NCBI GenBank assembly: GCA_036745755.1
Contig: DAIOFM010000008.1
Coordinates: 8,373 to 72,372 of the forward strand
Length of the DNA: 64,000 nucleotides
From: Spirochaetota bacterium
GTDB taxonomy: Bacteria > Spirochaetota > UBA4802 > UBA5550
Direction of reading: 5' to 3'
The position numbers were made by a program, and so were the translations under genes. Each line of letters starts with the position of its first letter. Position 1 is the stretch's first letter. Below are positions 47,673 through 58,229 of the stretch, in pieces. Below the pieces are notes generated by a model. It was not told the DNA's origin. It did no database searches and worked only from the letters and a program-made list of their open reading frames with translations.

Positions 47673-47789
47673 AATTCTGTTCAATCCAGGTTTTATTTTA
47701 TCATACAGGAAAAAATTAAAGGAAGCAAATGACAATTATTTTTTATTCGGTCGGAGAGTATTGTTTTAACGTTATAGTAAGTTTTCGCG

Positions 47790-47978
47790 GGTTAATGAGC
47801 TCTGAAGAGTCTGTTTTTCACAGTGATTGTCCTGCAGCGGCGCGTCAGGGAGCGAAACGTTACCCCGCAGTGCGCGAGGAGTAGAAGTTGAGAGCCCGAC
47901 CTGAGCGGATTGATGGGGTCAGAGCCCCGGATCGGCAGGTAGGACGTAAAGACAGGTGTTATGCCTGTCTTTTTTTTA
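47790..47978 (+). ncRNA. Candidate structured small RNA ending in a strong intrinsic terminator
   Basis: No ORF on plus. Long-range pairing GAGCUCUGA/UCAGAGC, internal GC-rich stems. Terminator GACAGGTGTTATGCCTGTC + T8 at 47951-47978. Confidence 0.3.
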
Positions 47979-48069
47979 TTATTTATACATTCGGAGCTGA
48001 TAATTAGCGAAGGGGACGCCATAGATAGTCTGGAAAATTGCCGGGGTGAAATTAAAATACAGTCCCGGG

Positions 48070-48438
48070 TTAAAAATAATCATCAACAAATTCAGGAAGG
48101 AAGCGGTACCGGTTTGCATTCATGAACTTGTAGATATAAAAAGGGGATTCAGGTTTTCCGTTTACCCTGTATTCAATGAGCCTGCATTCCCCGTTTTCAC
48201 GATCATAGCTGAAGCTCAATAAAAACTGCATGCTTTTTCTTGTGATCTTTACCGATACCACGTGGCAGTCACCGGTATTGATCGCTTTTTTTTCTGACCA
48301 TTCAGTATTTCCGCTGCTTCCGCTTAATCCGTTTACTATCCGTTTTACAGGTATGTCATTCCCGAGCAGATTGACTTTACTCCATTTTACCCTGTCAACA
48401 GGGGAACAGGATGTGAAAATTAAAGCTGTAATCGCCAT
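48070..48438 (-). CDS. Hypothetical lipoprotein
   Basis: 122 aa. Signal/lipobox region ALIFTSC. Confidence 0.35.
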   Translation of the reverse strand: MAITALIFTSCSPVDRVKWSKVNLLGNDIPVKRIVNGLSGSSGNTEWSEKKAINTGDCHVVSVKITRKSMQFLLSFSYDRENGECRLIEYRVNGKPESPFYIYKFMNANRYRFLPEFVDDYF

Positions 48439-48696
48439 GGACTGTAAAATTATATGTCTGGTTTTAATGGTGATTCTCCTCTGAAGTTTTGAAACAATAT
48501 AAAAATATATGTCTGCCTGTCAAAATAAATATATTTTGTGGATGATGCCGGCATAAAATTCAAAAAACTAACTATTTAGTTAATTTTTTGAATTAATTAT
48601 TGACTTTCCGGGTGTATTTAACTATTTGTTAACTAAATAGTTAGTTTAAATAACTGTTTAGTTTTAGTGTAATGAAACGCTTCAGGGAGATAATAT

Positions 48697-49326
48697 ATGG
48701 TTAAAAAGAAGGACGGATCTACAGAGGAGAAAATTCTCGATGCTGCGATTGAGGAGTTTGCTGAACTGGGGTACGCTGGAGCAAGGGTGGACAACATTGC
48801 CGCCAGGGGTGAAATAAACAAGGCTATGATATACTATTATTTCAAGAGCAAAGAGAAGCTCTACGAAAGAATACTCACTGATATTACCACAGGTATCTAC
48901 AATCAGATCAGGGAAGCCTCTGTAAATGGTGAAGAACCCCTGGAACAGTTTTATTCTATAATAAACAGGTATATAGATCTGCTGAGCCGCATAGACAGAA
49001 GGATTCCCAGGATAATGATGAGGGAAATTGCAAGCGGCGGGGACTTCTTCAGAAAGATCGCTGTGCCGAACCTTGTTGTCCCTATCATGACGCTCATTGA
49101 GCCGATTTTACGTGAAGGTATGCAGAGAGGGGATATAAAGGAACTCAACCCCTACATGACCCTTCTCCAGATTATAGGGGGGATTGTCTTTTTTAACATT
49201 ATACGCATACCCCTTGAAGGTTCTCAGCTTGAGGAGGTTGTCTTCACAGGGGATTTTCTGGAGGAGTTCAGGAGGAACCTGCTGACAATTATCGGCAGCG
49301 GCATTGAGCCGGGGGGAGGTGAGTGA
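48697..49326 (+). CDS. TetR/AcrR family regulator (efflux cluster)
   Basis: 209 aa. HTH ARVDNIAARGEINKAMIYYYF. Confidence 0.75.
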   Translation: MVKKKDGSTEEKILDAAIEEFAELGYAGARVDNIAARGEINKAMIYYYFKSKEKLYERILTDITTGIYNQIREASVNGEEPLEQFYSIINRYIDLLSRIDRRIPRIMMREIASGGDFFRKIAVPNLVVPIMTLIEPILREGMQRGDIKELNPYMTLLQIIGGIVFFNIIRIPLEGSQLEEVVFTGDFLEEFRRNLLTIIGSGIEPGGGE

Positions 49327-50741
49327 TGAACAGTTCTTTAAGGAATTTTATCTTCAGGATCGCGCTTATCTATACAGCGGTCATGGTCCTGGTTTCACAT
49401 CTCGGTGCTGAACCTCTTCCCCTGTCAATAGATGATGCTGTGAAGATTGCCCTTGCCGGTAATCATGACTACAGGATTGCTGAACTGCAGGCGCGTGAGG
49501 CTGAGGAGAGGGTCAACGGTGTTTGGGGTCAGCTTATGCCTGTGCTTGAATCTGAAGCTTCTCTTTTAAGGCAGTATGCTGAAAACGGTACAATGAGCCT
49601 TTCTGACGGGCAGGCTGATATTAAATTTATACAGATGAAGTTCGGGATTAATCCCGGGGTTTTCTATAATTCACTTCAGGCCTCGAAAAAGTCTTGGTCA
49701 CTCTCAAAGGAGGAGCTCCGGAGGATAAAGAGTGATGTTGAATACAATGTGATTAAAAGCTACTTTGATCTTCTTCTGGCCGGTGAGATTATAGGCCTCA
49801 GGGAGGATTCAATGCAGGTGCTCAGGGCCAACCTGAAGGATGTGAAGAACATGTACAACACAGGTACTGTACCGAAGTTCGAGATGCTGCAGGCGCAGGT
49901 GCAGCTGATGAACCAGGAGCCTGAACTTTTCAGCGCAGAGAGCGGAAGCAGGGTCGCACTTGAGATGTTCAACCATAACCTGGGGTCTGCAAGAAACTCA
50001 TACACTGTAAAAAAAGAGGTTCTGAAAGGGGAGGTCAAACCTGTTATCTGCAGTGATACTGACAGAAAGATTGAAATGCTGGTTTCAGTGGCGTTGAAAA
50101 ACAGGCCCGAGGTCATCCAGATTAAAAAGAAAATTGAGATAGCGGAACATTCGGAAGAGGTCTATTCTTCCTATTACCTGTGGCCCAGTTTCTCTGTGGG
50201 GGGATATTACGGCATGACCAAACTCGCGCCGAATGAAATTGACGCCACGATTTCAACTCCCCTGGGGCCTGCGACCCCTGACTTTTCAGGCATTTCCGGT
50301 GACGACGCATGGCAGAATACATGGCAGGTGAGGGTCGCTGCAACGTACAGGTGGGGGGCGCTGTTTCCCGCTGAGAGTGTCAGGGCCAGGGAACGGGAGG
50401 AGAGGCTTAAGGCAAAAGAGGGGGAGGAGGAATTTCGCAGGCTTAAAAGTGCGATTTCGGTGAGCATTAACTCCTCCTACTCAAAACTTCTCACCGCGTG
50501 CATGACTATTAAATCCCAGAAGGAGAATGTTAAAACAGCAGAAGAGGGGCTGCGCATAGCAAGGGAGAGCTACAGGGCAGGTGTGATCAAAAATTCAGAG
50601 CTTCTTGCATCGGAGCTTGCCCTTACATCGGCAAAGACATCTTACATAAACGCGTTATATTCATATTACGTGGCAATGGCTGAGCTTAAAAAAGAGACCG
50701 GAATTGAAGATGAGAATATTATCCTGGAGGATTGCAGATGA
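49323..50741 (+). CDS. TolC-like outer-membrane efflux protein
   Basis: 472 aa. Signal peptide, two OEP repeats. Confidence 0.8.
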   Translation: MMNSSLRNFIFRIALIYTAVMVLVSHLGAEPLPLSIDDAVKIALAGNHDYRIAELQAREAEERVNGVWGQLMPVLESEASLLRQYAENGTMSLSDGQADIKFIQMKFGINPGVFYNSLQASKKSWSLSKEELRRIKSDVEYNVIKSYFDLLLAGEIIGLREDSMQVLRANLKDVKNMYNTGTVPKFEMLQAQVQLMNQEPELFSAESGSRVALEMFNHNLGSARNSYTVKKEVLKGEVKPVICSDTDRKIEMLVSVALKNRPEVIQIKKKIEIAEHSEEVYSSYYLWPSFSVGGYYGMTKLAPNEIDATISTPLGPATPDFSGISGDDAWQNTWQVRVAATYRWGALFPAESVRAREREERLKAKEGEEEFRRLKSAISVSINSSYSKLLTACMTIKSQKENVKTAEEGLRIARESYRAGVIKNSELLASELALTSAKTSYINALYSYYVAMAELKKETGIEDENIILEDCR

Positions 50742-51544
50742 AAAACAAGAAAATAATACCAGTTGCAGTTGTTGTTGCCGTGGTTGCGGCAGCCACTCTT
50801 TACTTTGAAATATTCAGGCATATCGAGAGTAACGGGACGGTCATAAGCGGAAGCGGAACAATAGAGGTAACAGAGATTGATATTAGCTCGAAAATTTCAG
50901 GCAGGGTGGCTGAGATTCCAAGGGGGGAGGGAGCTGAAGTTAAAAAAGGTGAACTCCTGGTGAAACTTCAGTATGACGAACTTTCAGCTCAGAGGGTCTC
51001 GGCTGTGGCAAACTTCAGGAACGCGGAAAAAAATTACAAACGGATCAGCAGACTTTACAGGACTGGTTCCGTTTCCAGGCGTGACCTTGATAACGCCGAG
51101 GCCGCGTACAAGGTGGCGAAGGCCGCCATGGATAATGTTGATGCTGCCATAGATTACGCGGTGATATATTCCCCCATAGACGGCATCGTGCTTGATACTA
51201 TACTTGAACCGGGCGAGATGGCTTTCCCCGGCACACCTGTACTGACCGTGGCCGATATTTCAAAACCCTGGATGTACCTCTACGTGAATGAAAAGAAACT
51301 CGGTTATGTGAAGATCGGACAGAAGGTCAATGTAATGATAGACTCGTTCCCTGACAGGGTATTTAAAGGGGCGGTCGTTTCTATATCAAATAAAGCCGAG
51401 TTTACACCAAAGACCATCCAGACAAAGGAGGAGAGGGTCAAACTCGTTTTCGCGGTCAAGGTGGCCATTGAGAACAATGATATGATACTTAAACCGGGGA
51501 TGCCTGCTGACGCTGATATTCTGCTTGAAGGTGAACCTGAGTGA
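50732..51544 (+). CDS. HlyD-family membrane fusion protein
   Basis: 270 aa. N-terminal TM helix, biotinyl-lipoyl-like hairpin and beta-barrel segments. Confidence 0.8.
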   Translation: MQMKNKKIIPVAVVVAVVAAATLYFEIFRHIESNGTVISGSGTIEVTEIDISSKISGRVAEIPRGEGAEVKKGELLVKLQYDELSAQRVSAVANFRNAEKNYKRISRLYRTGSVSRRDLDNAEAAYKVAKAAMDNVDAAIDYAVIYSPIDGIVLDTILEPGEMAFPGTPVLTVADISKPWMYLYVNEKKLGYVKIGQKVNVMIDSFPDRVFKGAVVSISNKAEFTPKTIQTKEERVKLVFAVKVAIENNDMILKPGMPADADILLEGEPE

Positions 51545-52461
51545 TTACCGTTAACTCTCTCACGAAAAATTTCGGCGGGAACAGGGCCGTGGATTCCCTT
51601 GATTTTGAGGTGAGGAAGGGGGAGATTTTCGGTATAGTGGGGCCTGACGGGGCGGGGAAGAGCACCCTTCTCAGGATGATTGCCGGTATCATGCTCCCCT
51701 CCTCCGGGAGTATTATTGTTAACGGAATGGATGTTTTAAAGGAGAGGGCAGTAATTAAGGAGAACCTTGCTTACATGCCGCAAAAGTTCGGGCTCTACGA
51801 GGACCTCACAGTTGAGGAGAATATACGTTTTTTCGGCAGGCTCTTCGGGGTCCCGGGAAAGATGATAGAAAAAAGGGTCCCCAGGCTCTATGAGTTCAGC
51901 AGGCTCGGGCCCTTTAAGGAGCGGCTGGCGGGCAATCTTTCCGGCGGGATGAAACAGAAGCTGGGCCTTGCCTGCTGCCTGATACACAGCCCTGGACTGA
52001 TACTGCTTGATGAGCCGACTAACGGTGTTGACCCTGTATCAAGGAGGGAGTTCTGGAAGATCTTATATGATCTCCTTTCAGAGGGGGTTACCATCGTGGT
52101 GAGCACCGCCTACCTCGATGAGGCGGAAAGGTGCAACAGGGTGGCGCTTATGCATGAAGGGAAATTTATAAGGCTGGGCACACCTGCAGATGTCAAGAAA
52201 TCGGTACCCGGCTTTCTGATTGAGATAGAGGCCGGTAATGTGTGGAAGGCTGAAGAGGCGCTCCGGAAAAGCGGCAGGTTCCCTGATATAATAAGGGAGA
52301 GTAATACGATTAAGGTTTTTATCCACGACAGGAAAGGTGACACTGAAAGGATAAAAAAAATACTCTCACGCGGGGGCGCCGGGAAGATATCAATGAGAGA
52401 AAAAACACCGAATCTTGAAAACTGTTTCATGGAGATAGTAATGAAAGGTGATAAGCAATGA
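51541..52461 (+). CDS. ABC transporter ATP-binding protein
   Basis: Walker A GPDGAGKST, signature LSGGMKQK, Walker B LILLDEPT. Confidence 0.9.
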   Translation: MITVNSLTKNFGGNRAVDSLDFEVRKGEIFGIVGPDGAGKSTLLRMIAGIMLPSSGSIIVNGMDVLKERAVIKENLAYMPQKFGLYEDLTVEENIRFFGRLFGVPGKMIEKRVPRLYEFSRLGPFKERLAGNLSGGMKQKLGLACCLIHSPGLILLDEPTNGVDPVSRREFWKILYDLLSEGVTIVVSTAYLDEAERCNRVALMHEGKFIRLGTPADVKKSVPGFLIEIEAGNVWKAEEALRKSGRFPDIIRESNTIKVFIHDRKGDTERIKKILSRGGAGKISMREKTPNLENCFMEIVMKGDKQ

Positions 52462-53609
52462 AAGTACCGGCCCCGATTATACGTCTTTTTGCCATTGCGG
52501 ACAAGGAGTGGCTCCAGATCAGGAGGGACAAAAGAAGCCTTATACTGTCACTTATTACGCCTGTTATGCTTATTCTCCTTTTCGGCTTTGCCCTTACAAT
52601 GGATGTGAAGCATGTTAAGACAGTTGTGTATGACCAGAACAGGAGCAGCCTGTCGCGCGGTTTTATAGAGAAATTCAGCCACACGGAGTATATAGACATA
52701 GTCGCTTTCGTGGAAAATTATGACACAGTGGACAGCTATATAGATTCAGGGGACGCGATTATGGCGGTTGTCATACCTGTTGATTTTGACAGAACTATGA
52801 AGGCCGGAAAGAAAACAGCTGTGCAGCTCATGGTGGACGGATCTGATTCAACCTCCGCGACTGTTGCAACAGGCTACATAAGCGCGATTGTTGCGACATA
52901 CAATATGGAAATGAGGATATCGGAGATTAAAAAGGCCGGTTTTTCCGAAATGTCCCCTCCCGTTGATATAAGGAGCAGGATATGGTACAATCCTGAACTT
53001 GAAAGCAAGAATTTCATAATACCCGGCCTGATTGTTCTCATACTTGCCATAATATCCGCCATGATTGCCTCGCTCACCATTTCCCGTGAATGGGAGAGGG
53101 GCACAATGGAAACGCTGATTACCACTCCTGTCAGGGGGTGGGAACTTATCTTCGGTAAACTTATACCGTATCTCTTTATCGGGCTTTTCGACGTAACCAT
53201 GGCCGCCTGCGCAGGTTATTTCGTGTTTGATGTTCCTATAAGGGGGAGTTTCGTTGAGTTTTATCTCATGGCGCTCCTTTTTCTCTGCGGTACAACGGGG
53301 CTCGGTATTCTTATATCGGCGGCGACAAGGGTACAGGTCTTTTCCGTTCAGCTTGCAATGGTATCAACATATCTGCCTTCGTTCATCCTGTCAGGTTTTG
53401 TATTCCCTATTAATAATATGCCTTTAATAGTTCAGGGTATTACCTACATTATACCGGCAAAATATCTGATTGTGATTATTAAGGGGATTGCCCTTAAGGG
53501 GATAGGTATAGCCCTGCTGTGGACGCAGGTGGTTTTCCTGTTTATATACGCATCAGTTGTACTGACTGTAGCTGTTAAGAAAATGAGCCTTGTACTGCCG
53601 GAGGATTGA
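52458..53609 (+). CDS. ABC-2 family permease
   Basis: 383 aa. N-terminal TM helix + periplasmic loop + 5 C-terminal TM helices (YbhS/YbhR-like). Confidence 0.8.
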   Translation: MKVPAPIIRLFAIADKEWLQIRRDKRSLILSLITPVMLILLFGFALTMDVKHVKTVVYDQNRSSLSRGFIEKFSHTEYIDIVAFVENYDTVDSYIDSGDAIMAVVIPVDFDRTMKAGKKTAVQLMVDGSDSTSATVATGYISAIVATYNMEMRISEIKKAGFSEMSPPVDIRSRIWYNPELESKNFIIPGLIVLILAIISAMIASLTISREWERGTMETLITTPVRGWELIFGKLIPYLFIGLFDVTMAACAGYFVFDVPIRGSFVEFYLMALLFLCGTTGLGILISAATRVQVFSVQLAMVSTYLPSFILSGFVFPINNMPLIVQGITYIIPAKYLIVIIKGIALKGIGIALLWTQVVFLFIYASVVLTVAVKKMSLVLPED

Positions 53610-53618
53610 GGTAACACT

Positions 53619-54782
53619 ATGTTTAAAACACCGTTAAGGCGAAATATACTGAGAAGCTTTATAGCGAAGGAGTTCAGGCAGATCCTGCGGGACTACAGGA
53701 TGAGGGCCATGCTTTTCGGGACCCCGGTGATAATGCTCCTTATTTTCGGTTATGCCGTGAATACTGACGTGGTTAAAATCAGGACTGCCGTACTCGACAG
53801 CAGCAGGAGTTATGACAGCAGGAATTTTATTCAGAAATTTACCGGCAGCGGATATTTTGTTCTGCAGGATTACGTTGAATCCCCTGAAAAGGGGGCGGAA
53901 CTTCTTGACAGGGGTGAAATTGATCTCTTTATAAATATACCTTACGATTTCTCCAGGGGCCTCAGGAAGGGGAGGACAGCTGAAGTACAGATTATTGCAG
54001 ACGGAAGTGATTCCATCAGGTCTTCCATTATCCTTACATACGTAAACCGGATTACCTATGATTTTTCTGAGAAATATCTCAGGGATAATGTAAGTGTGCT
54101 GATGCTTTCCCGCGGTACCGGGGGCTTGAAACTTATGCAGAGTGTGGACCTTCAGGAGAGGACTCTCTTTAACCCGGAACTTACAAGCAGGAATTTTTAC
54201 CTGCCCGGCGTACTGGGGCTCCTGGTTGCCCTTATAACAATTATGATGACATCAATGTCCGTGGTCAGGGAGAGAGAGAGCGGAACAATTGAACAGATAA
54301 TTGTATCACCTGTGAAACCTATGGAGTTCGTGGCAGGGAAGACCCTTCCCTTTGCCATCGTGGGATTTATAGATATAGTTGTAATTACACTTGTCACTAT
54401 AGCATGGTTCAGGGTGCCGTTTAACGGAAGTTTTCTCTTTCTGCTTTTCTGCGGGCTTTTTTTCATTATCTGTACCCTGGCGCTTGGCCTCTATATATCA
54501 ACCATTTCACAGACACAGCAGCAGGCCATGCTCTCAACATTTTTGTTCTTTCTCCCTTCGATCATGCTTTCAGGTTTTGTTTTCCCCATAGATGCAATGC
54601 CTCTTTTTTTTCAGGCGATTACCTTTCTTAATCCGATGAGGTATTTCATGACTATTATCAGAGGGATATTTCTGAAAGGGGTAGGGGCCTCCGTACTCTG
54701 GGGCAATCTCCTGGGGCTTGTGGTCCTGTCCGTGATACTTTTATCACTCAGCGTGAGGCGGGTGAACAGGAGGTTTGAATAA
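53619..54782 (+). CDS. ABC-2 family permease (paralog)
   Basis: 387 aa. Same topology as 52458-53609. Confidence 0.8.
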   Translation: MFKTPLRRNILRSFIAKEFRQILRDYRMRAMLFGTPVIMLLIFGYAVNTDVVKIRTAVLDSSRSYDSRNFIQKFTGSGYFVLQDYVESPEKGAELLDRGEIDLFINIPYDFSRGLRKGRTAEVQIIADGSDSIRSSIILTYVNRITYDFSEKYLRDNVSVLMLSRGTGGLKLMQSVDLQERTLFNPELTSRNFYLPGVLGLLVALITIMMTSMSVVRERESGTIEQIIVSPVKPMEFVAGKTLPFAIVGFIDIVVITLVTIAWFRVPFNGSFLFLLFCGLFFIICTLALGLYISTISQTQQQAMLSTFLFFLPSIMLSGFVFPIDAMPLFFQAITFLNPMRYFMTIIRGIFLKGVGASVLWGNLLGLVVLSVILLSLSVRRVNRRFE

Positions 54783-55708
54783 TGGATATATCAGTTGAGG
54801 TAAAGGGACTGACCAAGATGTTCGGTGATTTTACCGCTGTGGATGATATAAGTTTTTCGGTTGAAAGCGGCGAGATCTTCGGATTCCTGGGGCCGAACGG
54901 TGCGGGTAAAAGCACAACCATAAGGATGCTTTGCGGGATACTGACGCCAACTGATGGGACAGGTACAGTTGCAGGTCACGATATTATTCTTGAACAGAAC
55001 AGAATAAAGCACTCTATCGGTTACATGTCGCAGAAGTTTTCTCTTTACAATGAACTGACTGTTATTGAAAACCTTGAATTCTTCGGCAGTATATACGGAC
55101 TAAGCGGTAACCGGCTCAGGGAGAGAATTGAATATGTCCTCGACATGGCGGAGATAGGAAGCAGGAAAAGGGAAAGAGCGGGGCTCCTTCCGGGAGGTAT
55201 CAAACAGAGGCTTGCCCTGGGGAGCGCCATACTGCATGATCCGGGTATACTTTTCCTTGATGAACCGACATCCGGCGTGGACCCGATTATGAGGAGAAAT
55301 TTCTGGGACCTGATTTACGATTTTTCACGGAGGGGCAAGACGATATTTGTTACAACCCACTATATGGATGAGGCTGAACACTGCGGCCGCATGGCACTGA
55401 TAATTGCGGGAAAAATTATCGCCTACGGTTCACCCGCTGATCTTAAAAAAGAACTTCATCATGATGTCTATACACTGAAGGTGGAAAATTTTATCAGTGT
55501 CTTTGACACGGTTTCAGAACTCCCCTTTATTGATGAGGCAGCGATATTCGGAAGCGACATACACCTCCTCTGCGGCAGCGGGTTCGCGATGAAGAAAGAA
55601 CTCTCCCGTGTTATGAAATCGGAAGGTATAAAAAATTTCAGGATTGAGAAGATTTCCCCTACCCTTGAGGATGTGTTTGTAACCCATGCAAGGAGACTGG
55701 GGGTGTAG
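54782..55708 (+). CDS. ABC transporter ATP-binding protein (second ATPase)
   Basis: Walker A GPNGAGKST, signature LPGGIKQR, Walker B LFLDEPTSG. Confidence 0.9.
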   Translation: MDISVEVKGLTKMFGDFTAVDDISFSVESGEIFGFLGPNGAGKSTTIRMLCGILTPTDGTGTVAGHDIILEQNRIKHSIGYMSQKFSLYNELTVIENLEFFGSIYGLSGNRLRERIEYVLDMAEIGSRKRERAGLLPGGIKQRLALGSAILHDPGILFLDEPTSGVDPIMRRNFWDLIYDFSRRGKTIFVTTHYMDEAEHCGRMALIIAGKIIAYGSPADLKKELHHDVYTLKVENFISVFDTVSELPFIDEAAIFGSDIHLLCGSGFAMKKELSRVMKSEGIKNFRIEKISPTLEDVFVTHARRLGV

Positions 55709-55710
55709 CA

Positions 55711-57078
55711 TTATGCGCCCAGTATTTTTTTCCCCTGCCTCTTCAGTATAAAGAATGTGAAGATGGTGGAGAGCAGATCTGCAGCTGGTATGGCTGCCCA
55801 TACACCAATGAGACCGAATATCCCGGGCAGAAGCATTAGTGCCGGGATGAGAAATATTACCTGCCTTGAAAGTGTCAGTATTACAGATATTTTAGCCTTA
55901 CCTATTGACTGGAACAGGTTTGAAGTTACAATCTGAAATCCCGCGAGGGGAAACATTATCATTACTGTTCTCATACCTGTAACAGAGAGTTCAATAAGTT
56001 CAGTGTTATCCGTGAAAGCCATGGCAATCTGCCTGGGCAGAAATTCGCCAAGCAGAAAACCTGTTGATGATACTATTGATGCGATAATCACCGTGTACCT
56101 GAAAACAAGTTTTACCCTGTCAAAGTGCAGAGCCCCGAAGTTGTAACCTGCAATGGGCTGCATCCCCTGTGTAAGTCCCAGTATTACCATAACAACAAAC
56201 ATCAGTATCGAGTTTATTATACCGTAAGCCCCAACAGCGTAGTCGCCGCCGTATATAACCAGTTTGCGGTTGATTATGATAACTATAAGGCAAACGCATA
56301 CGTTAATAATAAAGGGGGACATGCCTATGGAAAAGATGTCACGTATGATGTCTCTTCTCAGGGAGAACCTTTCCATTTTGAAATGGAGGAAACTGCTTTT
56401 TTTCATGAAGTGAAGAATGACCATAATCAGTCCGGAGGTCTGGGCCAGAACTGTTGCAAGTGATGCCCCGCGGATGCCGAGTTTCAGGACAAATATGAAG
56501 ATAGGGGCAAGTATTATATTTATACCCACAGTGATCAGCGTGATATTCATTGCTTTTCGAGGATAGCCCGAGGCCCTCATTACGTGATTAAGTCCCATGT
56601 AGGAATGTATGAAAACATTACCTATAAGTATTAATTGCATGAATTCTTTTGCAAATGGCAGAGTGGCTGCACTTGCCCCGAACATATATAAAACTTCGTC
56701 AAGGAAAATCAGCATTATTACCGAGTATGGTATACTGAGAAGAAGGTTCAGTATAACGGTGTTGCCCAGGATCAGGGCGGCCTCATCCTCCCGTTTCTCC
56801 CCCAGCCTTATTGAAACCATAGTAGAAGCTCCGGCACCTACAAGGGCGCCAAGGGCGATCCCCAGGTTCATAAGCGGCAGTGTAAGGGCAAGACCGGAGA
56901 TAGCAAGGGCTCCAACTCCCTGGCCGATGAATATCCTGTCTATTATATTATAGAGGGACATCGCAGTCATGGCGACAATAGCGGGGAGTGAATACTCCAG
57001 AAGAAGTTTTCCTATATTAACATGCCCCAGGGAGTGGGGGGATTTGCTCTGATGCATAATTCTACCTTCCGGAGTCAA
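55711..57078 (-). CDS. MATE family efflux transporter
   Basis: 455 aa, 12 TM helices. N-terminal LPAIVAMTAMSLYNIIDRIFIG pattern of NorM-like MATE. Confidence 0.85.
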   Translation of the reverse strand: MTPEGRIMHQSKSPHSLGHVNIGKLLLEYSLPAIVAMTAMSLYNIIDRIFIGQGVGALAISGLALTLPLMNLGIALGALVGAGASTMVSIRLGEKREDEAALILGNTVILNLLLSIPYSVIMLIFLDEVLYMFGASAATLPFAKEFMQLILIGNVFIHSYMGLNHVMRASGYPRKAMNITLITVGINIILAPIFIFVLKLGIRGASLATVLAQTSGLIMVILHFMKKSSFLHFKMERFSLRRDIIRDIFSIGMSPFIINVCVCLIVIIINRKLVIYGGDYAVGAYGIINSILMFVVMVILGLTQGMQPIAGYNFGALHFDRVKLVFRYTVIIASIVSSTGFLLGEFLPRQIAMAFTDNTELIELSVTGMRTVMIMFPLAGFQIVTSNLFQSIGKAKISVILTLSRQVIFLIPALMLLPGIFGLIGVWAAIPAADLLSTIFTFFILKRQGKKILGA

Positions 57079-57161
57079 TAGTTGGAATTACTTTTTTTAG
57101 AGCAAACCTTTTTTTAAAAGGTTAAAAATTTGTTTGTAAGCCTGAGATGAGTCTGATTTTT

Positions 57162-57923
57162 TTATTTTAGTGAATCAATGATACGCCTGGTTTTTTCAAT
57201 AAGCCGGTCGTAATGGCTCCCCTTCCAGTAGATCCTTCCGCATGAGAGGCAGTGGTAAAATTCCCTGCACCATTCAAGTACCCCGGGAGGGATTTTTTTT
57301 TCCAGTTCCCTGAACCGGGGGGAGCTCAGGTCAAGGCCTTCAATAAAGCCGTTGCATTCAATGCATCGGGTAAAGGGTTTGGTGAGGCCTTCCAGCTGCA
57401 GCCTTTCTATTACCTCAATTATCTGTTCTTCCGGGTCGCGGCTCCGTACAATTATACCCCGTGACACTATTTTCCTCATCAGCAGCTGTCTGTCGCAGGT
57501 CAGGAGGATCCGGTTCTCCCGTTCTGAAATAGCTGCCAGAAGATCGTCATCCCTCCCTTCCTCATAATCTGTATCAAAACCGAGAAGCCGCATGCTCCTG
57601 GCGAGTTTCCGCAGATGAACATCAAGCACGAATTTTGTATCGCGGAGGGGGGATGGGCGCAGCCGCGTAACATCTGCAATGTCAATCGACTCGAATACAG
57701 GGTACACGCTTATCCTGTCAAGGTCCTCAATAATGTAACTGAAACCGACAGAAGATCCGTTCACGAGGATAAGATCCACCTCAACATGGGGGACTCCCAT
57801 GCTTTCAATAAGGTCCTTGACGGACCTCCTCCCCTTAAAAGAAAGCTCAATATCCCGCTTCCTTAACTCCGGCTTCAGAAAATCGTTCAGCTCCTCATAG
57901 TAGCGTATTGTTATGTTGTACAT
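57162..57923 (-). CDS. Mut7-C RNase domain protein with N-terminal ubiquitin-like (beta-grasp) domain
   Basis: 253 aa. C-terminal CxxC...CxxC (CIECNG...CLSCGR) zinc ribbon. Confidence 0.5.
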   Translation of the reverse strand: MYNITIRYYEELNDFLKPELRKRDIELSFKGRRSVKDLIESMGVPHVEVDLILVNGSSVGFSYIIEDLDRISVYPVFESIDIADVTRLRPSPLRDTKFVLDVHLRKLARSMRLLGFDTDYEEGRDDDLLAAISERENRILLTCDRQLLMRKIVSRGIIVRSRDPEEQIIEVIERLQLEGLTKPFTRCIECNGFIEGLDLSSPRFRELEKKIPPGVLEWCREFYHCLSCGRIYWKGSHYDRLIEKTRRIIDSLK

Positions 57924-58229
57924 GCCTTGATTATACCATATATGATAATATCAGTTTATTCCTGAAGAAATTTCAATATTTATTCAGTATTTATTCCTTA
58001 ACTTATTTCAGGTAAAAAAATGCTCTATTACTCCCGCCGCCGAAGGCGGCGGGAGTATATAATTTTTACTTTTTTACATTAAAAATATATTCAGGAATTA
58101 TTTCTGATTTTTATTATAAATTGCCTGGGATGTGGACATTTTATTGCAACTTTATCTCCGGCAGCCTGTTAGTATTTTGAGGAAGCGGTTTGCTGTAAGC
58201 CGTTAATTTATATTCAAAGTGAGGCTGCT

